The notes: generated from the letters alone by a model not told the origin. A DNA stretch of 64,000 bases from Planctomycetota bacterium (GCA_965228735.1 OZ245838.1:1312001-1376000); one strand, 5' to 3'. Shown: positions 31,419-41,110, counted from the stretch's first letter. Numbers and translations are program-made.

Positions 31419-32843
31419 GGTAGTGCAGCATGCGTTCTGTAAACCGCCCGAGGCAGCTTGACGCAGTCGGCGGTGGTCGTCGCGGTCGGTCTGGGCGCTG
31501 CACCCTGGGTGCAGTGGCCAGGCCGACCGCGACGACCACCGCCGGCGCGGACGGATGCTTCAAGTCGGCGAGTCACGACGCTCAGCTTTTGTTAACCACA
31601 ACGAAAGCAGAACGAAGTGACCCACCAATCCGAAAGTAGCACGCTCGACACCGTCTTGGAATCCATCGCAACGCAGGGTCTGGGAGGGATCGCGGACGCG
31701 ATCCGCGTCCTCGTGAACGAGGCCATGAAGATCGAGCGATCCGCGTTCCTGGGCGCCGGTCCAAACGAGCGTACCGAGTCACGACGGGGCTACGCCAACG
31801 GCTTCAAGCCGAAGACCGTGGCGACTCGCGTCGGCGCGATCGAGTTCGCCGTCCCGCAGGTCCGCGAGGCCGTCGACGGCGAACGCTTCTATCCGACGGC
31901 ACTCGAACGCGGGATTCGCTCGGAGCGCGCCCTGAAGCTCGCGGTCGCCGAGATGTACGTCCAGGGCGTCTCGACCCGCAAGGTCGCCGCGATCACCGAG
32001 GAGCTCTGCGGAGTACAGGTGTCGTCCCAGCAGGTCTCCCGGGCCGCCGCGGCACTCGACGACGAGCTGCAGCAGTGGCGGATGCGCGAGCTCGGCCGGT
32101 GCCGCTACCTGGTCCTCGATGCCCGCTACGAAAAGGTCCGGCACGCCGGCTCCGTCATGAGCGCCGCCGTCCTGATCGCGACGGGCGTCGATGATGCAGG
32201 CCATCGCTCGGTCCTCGGCGTCAGCGTGTCGCGCTCGGAAGCCGAGGTCCACTGGCGCGACTTCCTCGACAGCCTGCGTGAACGTGGCCTGCACGGGCTC
32301 GGACTCATCGTCAGTGACGACCACTCTGGCCTCCGCCAAGCTTTGGCGGCGAGCTTTCCCGGAGTCGCTTGGCAACGCTGCCAGTTCCACCTGCAACGCA
32401 ACGCCGCTCCACGAGTGCCGACCGTCTCGTTGCGCCCGTCGATCGCTCGTGGACTTCGTGCGGTCTTCAACGCTCCAGACCGACCTGAGGCCGAACGGCT
32501 TCTTGATAGGCTTCTGGAGGATCACGCGGAAACCGCTCCCGACTTTGTCCGGTGGGCTCGCGACAACGTCCCCGACGGCTTCGCTGTCTTCGCGATCCCG
32601 GCGACGCACCGTCGCTGCCTTCGCACGACCAACATGCTCGAGCGCCTCAACAAGGAGCTCCTGCGCCGCACCCGCGTTGCGACGCTCTTCCCCAACGACG
32701 CCTCTCTTCTCCGGCTCGCCACCGCGGTCCTCATGGAGATCAGCGAGGACTGGGTGACTGGCCGTCGCTATCTCTCCATGGACGCTGAGTGAAATGATTC
32801 GCCGACTATGGGCTCGCTCTTACAGAACGAATGTTGCTTTGCC
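31419..32843 (+). mobile_element. IS256-family insertion sequence (1425 bp), distinct from the first
   Basis: IRL GGTAGTGCAGCATGCGTTCTGTAA and IRR (reverse complement) GGCAAAGCAACATTCGTTCTGTAA; 8-bp TSD GTGCCGAC at 31411-31418 and 32844-32851. Confidence 0.96.
31617..32792 (+). CDS. IS256-family transposase
   Basis: EMYVQGVSTRKV, LDARYEKVR, SDDHSGL, WQRCQFH, RTTNMLERLN. Confidence 0.97.
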   Translation: MTHQSESSTLDTVLESIATQGLGGIADAIRVLVNEAMKIERSAFLGAGPNERTESRRGYANGFKPKTVATRVGAIEFAVPQVREAVDGERFYPTALERGIRSERALKLAVAEMYVQGVSTRKVAAITEELCGVQVSSQQVSRAAAALDDELQQWRMRELGRCRYLVLDARYEKVRHAGSVMSAAVLIATGVDDAGHRSVLGVSVSRSEAEVHWRDFLDSLRERGLHGLGLIVSDDHSGLRQALAASFPGVAWQRCQFHLQRNAAPRVPTVSLRPSIARGLRAVFNAPDRPEAERLLDRLLEDHAETAPDFVRWARDNVPDGFAVFAIPATHRRCLRTTNMLERLNKELLRRTRVATLFPNDASLLRLATAVLMEISEDWVTGRRYLSMDAE

Positions 32844-34265
32844 GTGCCGACTCCGGGGAACCCATTCGGCACATGGTATCAGATGGCGGATATGGAGGCG
32901 GTGCGCTGGTATCCGACGGTGCGCCACGACACGACGACGGCCCATCGCGCGATCATCATCGGCGGGACGAACTACAGCGGTCCGACCAACGATCGGATGG
33001 AGGCGGTCAACAGCTACGAGGTGGCGCGGCCGGTCTTCAACTCGCAGCCCATTCCCTCACTCCGGCCGGTGCCGCAGGACTTCGACCGCAAGCCGAACCC
33101 CACGTCGCCGACGTGGCCGACCTGGACGAACTGGCTATCGGCGTTTCCAGCCGCGTCAGACCGGCTCTACTGGGGGCCGGAGGTGCCGTTTCCTGCGCCC
33201 GTCCCCGCATTCAGCGACTACCCGCGCCTCCACGCGCTCGGATTCCTCGATCCGATCACAGGGGGCACAGCGCCGCGGCTGTTCGTCTCCGGCTTCGCGA
33301 GCTGGGGGATGCGCTGGGCGCATGATCAGGCGACTGATCCGGCCTTCGGCAACAACCTGCTAACCGGGCAGGGCTACGACCTGGGTCAATACCCGGCCTT
33401 CGGCGACTTCGCGGTTCTATACCCGACCTCGCTGCTGCTGCCGGGCACGATCGGCGGCATCAGCACCCAGGTCGCACGGATCGGCGGCTACCGACTCAGT
33501 GTCAGCAACCAGGCGAGCGACCTCGTCGAGACCGCCAGCGTCAACAGCGGTCCGTCGTCGTGGCAGTCGGGAGCCGGTGGCTCGATCCCTCCGATGGCCA
33601 GCCGGCGCCATCTGGCGAACGTGGTCATGCTGCCCACGGGAGACCTGTTCGCGATCGGCGGTGAGAACGCGCCGGGTAGCTTCAACCTGATACCTGAACT
33701 CCTCACGGGAGGCACTTGGGCACCAATGGCGGCGCACGTCGGCGCCCGGGACTACCATTCGACGGCGATCCTCTTGCCCGATGCCAGGGTGTTCGTCTGC
33801 GGTGGTGAGGCGCGGAAGCAGGCGCCATCGGTCGGCACGGACTACATCATCTGGGAGCCGCCCTACTTCCATCTCGACTACGGCAGCCTACCGCCGACGG
33901 GGATCACGGTCCGCGACGCGACAACCGGCGCAATCGTGCTACAGGATGCCCTCGGCCCCCCGTCGGGCATGCAATACGGACGGACCTACTGGGCGAACTG
34001 GACGAATACTCTCGAGGACGGTATCACCGTGAACAGCGTCGTTCTGATGCGGCCACCAGCCCTGACCCACCACGACGACGGCGGCCAACGGCTGGTGCGG
34101 CTCGTAGCTTGGGACGACAGCGATCAGACCCAGGGACCGCCGACGAGCATCAAGTTCCTGAGCCCAGCCTCCACGCGTCACGCCGCGCCGGGCTGGTGGA
34201 TGCTCTTCCTCGTCAACAGCGGCGGACGTCCTTCGCAGGCCTACTGGGTCCACCTGTCGTAGCTC

Positions 34266-35945
34266 ATGATTCGCTACTGCACACGTCTGGCGTTGGTCGG
34301 CCTCTTCGGATTCCCCATCGCAGCGCAGGATCTGCTGTGGCGCGTCGAAGGGGTCAGTGGCCTGATTGCGCGCGGCGGTGACTTCCACAGGCTCGGCGAT
34401 TTCGACGGGGACGGGTGGGACGATCTTCTGGAACGCGGTGCGGCATGGAACGGCCAGTCGGCGTTCATGACGATCTGGTTCGTGTCGGGTCGGGACGGCA
34501 GTATCCTGTCCGTCGGGACACCCCTGCCCCACCAGTATTGGACGTTCAGCAACATCGCACCGCTCGGCGACATGACCGGCGACGGCGTTCCTGACTACGG
34601 CGGGCACGCCTACGACGCGTTCATCCCGTGGGCCACGCAGACCCTCGCGGTCGTCAATGGCGCCTCCCATTCGATCCACTGGAGCGCGACAATCCCCAAC
34701 GCCTGGGGCACGGATTTCGGCAAGGTCTTGTGCGGCGACCTCGACACCGACAACGATGGTCTCAACGATGTCGTGACCTCGGCGTTCAGTCTGTCGCCGG
34801 GCGGAACGATTATCGTCTACGACAACTCCGGCGCGGAGCGCTACCGCATCATCGATCCGATCCCGAACGTGCAGGTCGGCCTCGACGTCGCGTCGCTGCA
34901 GGGTGACCTCGACGGCGACGGCTGCGACGACTTCGTCAGCACTGGCATCGAGCCGGGCAACCGCGGCGCGGTCGTCGTGTTCTCGGGCCTTACCGGCGCG
35001 GTGCTGCGCTACTCCGTCGGCGAGCAGCCGGGCGACAAACTCGTCAACGCCGGCGCCTGCGGCGACATCGATCGCGACGGCGCACTCGATTACTGCGGCG
35101 GCGGCTCGTTCGGCGCGGGAGTCGTGACCGCGTTCTCGGGCGCCACGGGTCAGATCATCCACTCGTGGCGCGATCCCAACAATAACGGCATGGGGGTCAA
35201 CGTCACCGGCGGCATGGACCTTGACCAGGATGGCGTGCCCGATCTGGTGACGGGACAGGAGTCCACTTCACCAGCGCCGAACGACCGTATCGTCAGCGCG
35301 CTGTCGGGGCGCGACGGCACGTTCCTGGCGCGGTGGTATCGATCCGCCAACGCGTTCACCTGCATGGCCGAGTCCGTGGCGATCCTCGGGCCGGGGCCGG
35401 GCCACCAATACCCATCGATCGTCTACGCCGAGCGCTGCTGGGGTGGGATCGGCAATCCCTGCCCCAGCAACGGCCTGTGCCCCGGCGTGGTCTGGTGCTA
35501 TCGCGGCAGCCCGGCTGGAGTGCGCGCCTACGGGTTGCCCGACGCCAGTTCCGGGCAACCGTTGGTGCGTAGCGGGATGCGCAGCCCGACTCCCGCCGCG
35601 ATCCCAACCGTGAGGTTCACGATGTCCGAAGCACCGCCCGGTGCCGTGGCGGTGCTCATGCTCGGCGCCTCGAACGCGGCCTACCAGGGCATCGCGTTGC
35701 CGCTGCCGCTCGACCCGTTCGGCTTCGGCGGCATCACGCTCTGGACTTCGGCCGACATCACGTTGCTCACGGTTGCCGGCACCAGTGGCGTAGATGCTGG
35801 ATACGCCGAACTCAACGTGTCCCTGCCGCCGGGCCGAATCATCGACTACTCGGGAACGCCGTTCTATGCGCAGTGGCTCTGGTTCGACCCGACCAACTTC
35901 GGCAACCATGGGTCGACGGCGGGCCAGCGCTTTCGGCTGCAGTAG
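34266..35945 (+). CDS. Secreted FG-GAP repeat protein with the shared C-terminal domain
   Basis: Signal PIAA|Q; GDFDGDGWDD, GDLDGDGCDD and DLDQDGVPD repeats; shared CTD from about 35511. Starts 4 nt after the oxidase stop. Confidence 0.9.
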   Translation: MIRYCTRLALVGLFGFPIAAQDLLWRVEGVSGLIARGGDFHRLGDFDGDGWDDLLERGAAWNGQSAFMTIWFVSGRDGSILSVGTPLPHQYWTFSNIAPLGDMTGDGVPDYGGHAYDAFIPWATQTLAVVNGASHSIHWSATIPNAWGTDFGKVLCGDLDTDNDGLNDVVTSAFSLSPGGTIIVYDNSGAERYRIIDPIPNVQVGLDVASLQGDLDGDGCDDFVSTGIEPGNRGAVVVFSGLTGAVLRYSVGEQPGDKLVNAGACGDIDRDGALDYCGGGSFGAGVVTAFSGATGQIIHSWRDPNNNGMGVNVTGGMDLDQDGVPDLVTGQESTSPAPNDRIVSALSGRDGTFLARWYRSANAFTCMAESVAILGPGPGHQYPSIVYAERCWGGIGNPCPSNGLCPGVVWCYRGSPAGVRAYGLPDASSGQPLVRSGMRSPTPAAIPTVRFTMSEAPPGAVAVLMLGASNAAYQGIALPLPLDPFGFGGITLWTSADITLLTVAGTSGVDAGYAELNVSLPPGRIIDYSGTPFYAQWLWFDPTNFGNHGSTAGQRFRLQ

Positions 35946-36022
35946 CCGCAAGAGTCGCTTGCCCGGGCCTGATCTCCTGAACTCTCCGCCCGTGGGCTCA
36001 CCTATCCGCGGGCTCCGCTGAG

Positions 36023-36796
36023 CTAGACACGTCGCCTCGGGTGTCGCCGCCACCGCTGCAGCCGAAGATCGATCGGCCGAATGAACCGGCGGCGGAACTC
36101 GCGCCGCGACCGGATCGTGTTGCCAACCATCGTCGTGCCGGCCAGGGAGTTGGCAGCCTCCAGATACTGCTCCGCGATCGCCATCTCGCCGAACTCGCGC
36201 GCGCTCCGGAATCGACGAGCGAACTCGGGGTCCTTCGCGATCCAGTTGTAGATCGTGCGGGTGCTCGGCGTGCCCGGCAGCCGACAGTAGTCGCGCAGGT
36301 AGTTGCCTTCGCTGACCCAGTCGAGAACCTGTTCGGCCATGTCCTTCGGGACGGGCTTGAGGCGGCGCCGAGGGCGTCGGCCGCCCTCAGGCGGCATCAG
36401 GCCAGCACGGCGGAGATCGGCCAGCGTGGGCGATCGTCGCGGCTTCTCACGGCGAGCGCGCGCCGGGCGGGCCCTCGCCGCCGCGATCGCGTCCCTGGCT
36501 GCCGCGACCGCGGACGATCCCGGGTAGAGCAGGCGCCAGACCTCGCGCGGGCGACCACCGCGTGGTCCGCTCGGCATGACCGTGCGGGAGATCAGGCCCG
36601 TCGCCTGCAACTCGGCGAGGGCGGCGCGCAGGTCCGCACCTGCAACAACGCGGCCCGTCGCTGCATGGAGTTCGCGCATCGACCTCGACGCCTGGTGCAG
36701 CGCCAGCAGCACGCGGTGGCCGAGGAGCGATCGTTTCCCCATGCCGTGCGGGCGCGGCACGTCGACACCCATCGCCACGAGCCAGGACTGCACCAT
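36023..36796 (-). CDS. wHTH plus terminase-small-subunit-like protein
   Basis: C-half VLDWVSEGNYLRDYCRLPGTPSTRTIYNWIAKDPEFARRFRSARE resembles the TerS N-terminal HTH; N-half wHTH-like ending GGRPREVW. Start uncertain. Confidence 0.6.
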   Translation of the reverse strand: MVQSWLVAMGVDVPRPHGMGKRSLLGHRVLLALHQASRSMRELHAATGRVVAGADLRAALAELQATGLISRTVMPSGPRGGRPREVWRLLYPGSSAVAAARDAIAAARARPARARREKPRRSPTLADLRRAGLMPPEGGRRPRRRLKPVPKDMAEQVLDWVSEGNYLRDYCRLPGTPSTRTIYNWIAKDPEFARRFRSAREFGEMAIAEQYLEAANSLAGTTMVGNTIRSRREFRRRFIRPIDLRLQRWRRHPRRRV

Positions 36797-36902
36797 CGCC
36801 GGATTGTAGTTGCGGATGTCGTGTAGTTTGTTCGATCCGCAGCGATCGAGCCAAAGCTGCGCACTTCGTGTGCGCGCGCGAGAGCGCCGACCACCGACCG
36901 CG

Positions 36903-39281
36903 TCAGGCCGACCGCTTCTTCCGACCGCGCTTCGACCGCGACCGCCCCCGCCGGCCGCCCGGCTTCTCGGGCATGCCGTCGTCCTCGGAAGCCGTCTCAT
37001 CCGTCCGTTCCGTCTGATCCGTCTCGGACGCATCGGACGAACTGGAGGCGGACGGAGAATCCGTCCGCCGTCCAGAGGGGGGATCGGGGGGACTCTGCTC
37101 CCCCTCCTTCGGCTTCTTCGCGGGACGGGCGGCGCGCTCGGCTTCGAGTTCCTGGCGGACGCGCTCGGCGTCCTCGGCCAGCACGAGGACAGGGCGCTTG
37201 CTGCGCCCGACATCGAGGATCACCTTGCGGGACAGCGCGATGTCCAGGAAGGCGCGACCCTGCTGCATGTTGAGGCCGGCGGACAGGACGATCGCGTCGC
37301 GGGAGCTGAACCGCCCCTCCCGGTGGAGAGCCTCGACGAGGCGCTGGACGCCGGCGTTCTCGCGCTCGCGCTGCTTCTCGTCGGGGGTCTTGTCCGACGC
37401 CACGCCGACCTTGCTGGCGGCGGCGGGGACCAGGATGCACGAGGACTCGGGTTCGCCGTCCTCGTCTTCGCGACCCGTCGGGGCAACGACCCGCTGGAAT
37501 CGGATGGGCTCGGCGATGCCGCCGTCCTTCTGCTTCAGGGTGATCAGCTCGAACACGTGCCGGTCGTCCCACGCCGTCTGTACGCCGAGCACCGTGTCGA
37601 TGTTGCGCGTGATCGCGCCGCTGCCGCGCACCTGGTTCAGGGTGATCGGGAACCACTTCTCGTTGCCGTTGCGGTCGAAGGCCTGCTTCTGATCGCGCTT
37701 GACCGTGTGGTGGATGATCAGGACCGAGCAGCCGAACTCGTCGCGCAGGCGGGCCAGCGCGCGCAGGACCGGCGCGGTGACCGCGGCGTCGTTCTCGTCG
37801 CCTTCGAGCGCCTGGGACAGCGTGTCGACGACCACGAGGCCGGGGGCGTGGCCCTTCTCCTCGACGACCGCGGCGATCAACTCCCGCATGAGCTTGACCG
37901 AACGCGGGCTGAGTTCGGGGATGCGGTTGCTGATCAGGCAGAACCGGTCCTCGGCGTCCGCCTCGGTGACGTTGTGCTGGTCGCGCCAGAGCCGGAGACG
38001 AGCAGCGAGCCCCTGCTGCCCCTCGCCGCACAGGTAGACCACCGAGCACGGCTTGAGCTTGCGCTCGAAGAACGGCTTGCCGTGGACCAGCCGCATGGCC
38101 AGGTCGATCGCCACAAACGACTTGCCCATCATGGTGTCGCCGGCGAGCAGGATCATGCTGCGCTCCGGCAGCAGGCGGCGAACCTGCCATCGGACCATCG
38201 GCAGCTCTGCCACGTCGGTCCAGTCCTGCAGGCGGATCGCGTCGGGGTTGGGGGTGGTCTTCGCGGGGTCGTCGTCCGCAGCCTCGTCGTGCTGGGACGG
38301 CCCCGCGTCGTCGCCGGGGTCGGGGCCGAACTTGATGTCCGGGTCCGTGCCCTGCGGTTCCCACTTCCAGCCCCGGTCGGTCGCGAACCTGAAGAGCGTC
38401 GCCGCGGTCACGGTCGCGCGCGTGGACCGTCCGAACACGCGCTGCGCGACCGACGCAGCGGACGCGTAGATGCGGTAGGCCTCGCCCTCGCGGTGCTGGC
38501 CTGCGCCACTCCGCAGCTCGTAGGCCTCGGCCTGCGCGGACCACTCCTCGACCAGGTCTGCACCGCGCTCGTCGCCCTGCAGGGCGTCGTGGGCCGCGAA
38601 AATGCACTTGAGCCAGTCGGTCCGCCCAACCGTCGCCTCGATGGCGAACAGCGCGCTACGGACCTCCTCGAACCGCTCGTCGGTCGCCGCACCGGCCGCC
38701 GACATCTTGCCGTAGGCCCTGGGCTCGCCCTGCTCGCGCGCCGGCCCGACCGTCACGTCGAGCCACTCGGTGAGCCACTGCGGTGCGGCGCCGGCGGAGT
38801 CCTCGAAGGGGTCGTCCTCGGTCCACTCGCGACCCGGCCGATCGTCCGGCAGGATCACGTAGCCGCCGAAGCCGCGCACGTCGATGCCTAGCCGCTTCAG
38901 GTTGGCCATGCCGTAGCGGCGGCCCGCCGGCATCTCGTAGACGAGGTGCTGCCCACCGCTCGGCGTCGTCGCGACCAGCGAGGTGCCGATCGGATCCGGA
39001 CCGGCGATCTGGCCCAAGGCCTCGCGACCGTCACCGCCGCCGTTCTTCGGCACGTCGAGGTCGATGACGACGTGCTGCGAGAGCCCGGGCACCCAGCCGA
39101 TCTCGGCGTCCGGCCAGGCGCTCCACCACTCGGTGATCTGGGCGTGGTCGGTCGTCGCGGCAGGAAAGCCGTTGCTGGTCAGCGGTCGCTTGTCGCGGCA
39201 CGGGAACACGTGCCAGCCGAGCGCCGCGTAGGCCAGAGCGTGGTCCATCGGCGAGCGGGACTCGTCGGCCGGAATGGTCAC
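36903..39281 (-). CDS. Prim-Pol primase + PriCT-2-like + RepA-type (AAA_25) helicase
   Basis: ALAYAALGWHVFPC, VIDLD, TPSGGQHLVY, IDVRGFGGYV; AGDTMMGKS, VVDTLS, LIIHHT, RGSGA. GTG start overlaps the upstream TGA. Confidence 0.92.
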   Translation of the reverse strand: MTIPADESRSPMDHALAYAALGWHVFPCRDKRPLTSNGFPAATTDHAQITEWWSAWPDAEIGWVPGLSQHVVIDLDVPKNGGGDGREALGQIAGPDPIGTSLVATTPSGGQHLVYEMPAGRRYGMANLKRLGIDVRGFGGYVILPDDRPGREWTEDDPFEDSAGAAPQWLTEWLDVTVGPAREQGEPRAYGKMSAAGAATDERFEEVRSALFAIEATVGRTDWLKCIFAAHDALQGDERGADLVEEWSAQAEAYELRSGAGQHREGEAYRIYASAASVAQRVFGRSTRATVTAATLFRFATDRGWKWEPQGTDPDIKFGPDPGDDAGPSQHDEAADDDPAKTTPNPDAIRLQDWTDVAELPMVRWQVRRLLPERSMILLAGDTMMGKSFVAIDLAMRLVHGKPFFERKLKPCSVVYLCGEGQQGLAARLRLWRDQHNVTEADAEDRFCLISNRIPELSPRSVKLMRELIAAVVEEKGHAPGLVVVDTLSQALEGDENDAAVTAPVLRALARLRDEFGCSVLIIHHTVKRDQKQAFDRNGNEKWFPITLNQVRGSGAITRNIDTVLGVQTAWDDRHVFELITLKQKDGGIAEPIRFQRVVAPTGREDEDGEPESSCILVPAAASKVGVASDKTPDEKQRERENAGVQRLVEALHREGRFSSRDAIVLSAGLNMQQGRAFLDIALSRKVILDVGRSKRPVLVLAEDAERVRQELEAERAARPAKKPKEGEQSPPDPPSGRRTDSPSASSSSDASETDQTERTDETASEDDGMPEKPGGRRGRSRSKRGRKKRSA
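36976..37072. repeat. ATCCGTC/CCGTC iteron-like cluster with hairpin inside the primase 3' end
   Basis: CCGTC at 36976, 36992, 37001, 37010, 37019, 37061 and 37068; perfect hairpin GCGGACGGA-GAA-TCCGTCCGC at 37048-37068. Confidence 0.6.
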
Positions 39282-39529
39282 GGCGCCTCCCCCGCCAGTG
39301 CCGTAAGCGCGGCCAGCAGTCGCTGGAGTTCCTCGACGGTCGTGCACCACCCCCGCCCGCCACCGCGGAAGCGGCGCAGGCGAACCCCGCTCACGCCGGC
39401 CGTGGTCCAGCGGTAGACGGTGGCGACCGAGACCAGGCGGCCGTCGCCGCGTTGCGGCAGGTGTTGCGGCGCGAGCGCCAGCGGGACGGCCTGCTCGCCA
39501 GCCCACCAGCAGTTCGTAATCTTGCTCAT
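39278..39529 (-). CDS. DUF1580-like small HTH protein (excisionase/AlpA-like)
   Basis: LP.RGDGRLVSVATVYRWTTAGVSGVRL...GGRGWCTTVEELQR; translationally coupled to the primase. Confidence 0.85.
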   Translation of the reverse strand: MSKITNCWWAGEQAVPLALAPQHLPQRGDGRLVSVATVYRWTTAGVSGVRLRRFRGGGRGWCTTVEELQRLLAALTALAGEAP

Positions 39530-39769
39530 CGGATGCTGTCCTGCCTGCCGGGGCACATCCCCGTGCAGGTGGACTCATCCTTGGGCAGCGAGCGGCGACG
39601 AGCGGCGGCCGTTCGTGCGCCGCTCGTTGGCAGATGGACGTGGCGCAGCCGCATCAGGCAGAGTTCAATCGCACCCAGGAAATGGCAGTCTCGAACTACG
39701 ATCGCCTTCCAAGAGTCGTAGCCCTCTTGGCCCTGTCCCTCCCCCTCGCCGCGCAGACCAGCGGAGGCG

Positions 39770-41110
39770 TCATCGGCTCAGGCTGCGTGCTCGCCCCATC
39801 CGCTCGCCCGGGACGCCGGGCGGTGTCACGAACGCCTCGACGTTGAACACGACCGTGCCGGCCGGCAACGGCGTGCCGAGTACGAGCGCGCCGAGCGCGC
39901 CGACAGGTGCATCGTGCGTCGCGACCGCGAACTCGGGGTTGGGCGCGATCGGCGCGCTGTTCGGCTGCAGGAACGTCGGCGGGCCGCAGGGGCTCGTGGC
40001 CTGGCCGAAGCGCGCCATCGTGGCCGGCAGCGTGCGGTGCACGGCGATCCAACCTTCGCGATTGCCGGCGAACGTCGGATCGAACGCGTTGCCGGTGATC
40101 GGGAAGTCGGTCGACCTGGTCTGGCCCGCCACCCGCACGCCGCCCTGGCCATCGGGCTCGATGGTCGTGACGATCTGGGCCGTGCTGCCGCCGAACCACG
40201 TCGAGTACTGCACCGTGGTCGCGGTCGATCCGGGCTGCAACCGCAGCAGGAACGCCGCCGCGAGGTTCTGGGCGGCCAGCCGCTGCGGCTGGGGAGCACC
40301 GGCGGTGATCGGCCAGTTCGGCGAGAACGAGTGCCCCGCCAGCACGTAGGAGCCGCTCGACTCCCGGTAGGCCGAGAGCACGTAGTCATTGTCCGTGCCG
40401 TCCACGCCGGTCGCGTAGAGGATCTGGTCCTGCACCGTGTCGAGGTGCACGACCAGCCCGCCGTTGCCGCCCGCGCCGAACGGCAGGGCGTTCGCGGTGA
40501 ACGGGAAGTCCGTCGAAGCGGTGTTGCTCACGATCACGATCCGGTCGGCGCCGTCGCCGCGCAGCTCATGGCAGAGCTCGTCCTGCGAGCCGCCGAGAAC
40601 CGCGGAGTACGTCAGGCCGGCGCCGGCCAGATCGAAGCGGCTGACTGCCAGATCGCGTGCTCCGCGCGGGCCATGGACGCGCGCGTTGGGGTTGGGGTAG
40701 TCGGCCGATGCCGTGTGGCACGCGACGGTGATCGTGCCGGCGGCGTTGCTGATCACCTGCACGTTGCGCGGGCCGAGCGCGCCGCCGGACCAGAAGAAAT
40801 CGGGCCCCTCGTCGGCGGAGCCGCCGAGATTCTCCGCCCGCAGCGCGATCGCGAGGTTCGGCTCCATGCAGCGGAGCCGAGCAACGCCTGCCAGCGTTTG
40901 GTGGAGAGCTCGCAGCTCCTTGGCGAAGTGCGCGAGTTCACCGAGATGAAGGATCGGACCCGTCGCGTGCACCTCGGCGCCCGAGACTCGAACCCGCGCC
41001 TCCACGACGAGCCAGTTGCCGTCCCAGTGGTCCTGAGCCTCATCACACTGGCGGGAGTGCACCCACACCCCGAGGGGCCCAACTTCGATGTCGGCTGACC
41101 GCTCGTCCAT
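39770..41110 (-). pseudogene. Chimeric ORF: WapI-like N-terminal part fused to an SBBP-repeat fragment with truncated CTD
   Basis: First ~95 aa (DHWDGNWL...GELAHFAKEL...MEPNL) resemble small immunity-like proteins; then LGGS.DE and T.STDFP.T.NA repeats and only the first half of the shared CTD; no signal peptide. Confidence 0.65.

Larger units (their letters stand above)
30829..34262 (+). pseudogene. Secreted galactose/glyoxal-oxidase-like copper radical oxidase interrupted by IS256
   Basis: Signal peptide; MFCAG, RWYPT, RDYHSTAILLPDARVFVCGG, LTHH..GQR, APGWWMLF. Removing the IS restores WDPVPT-PGNPFG in frame (666 aa). Confidence 0.9.
23796..39630. mobile_element. tRNA-Leu-integrated, degraded phage-satellite-like island (right boundary uncertain, may extend to about 41-45 kb)
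   Basis: Integrase directly after the tRNA; DUF1580, primase-helicase and TerS-like module; RM remnants and IS cargo. No attR copy of the tRNA 3' end seen. Confidence 0.75.

Noticed and set aside
28791..32843. Composite transposon formed by the two IS256 elements
   Set aside because: They have different IRs and transposases, and each has its own 8-bp TSD, so they are independent insertions.
39661..39677. GAGTTCAATCGCACCCA as a possible attR copy of the tRNA 3' end
   Set aside because: Only TCGCACC matches contiguously, too short to distinguish from chance.
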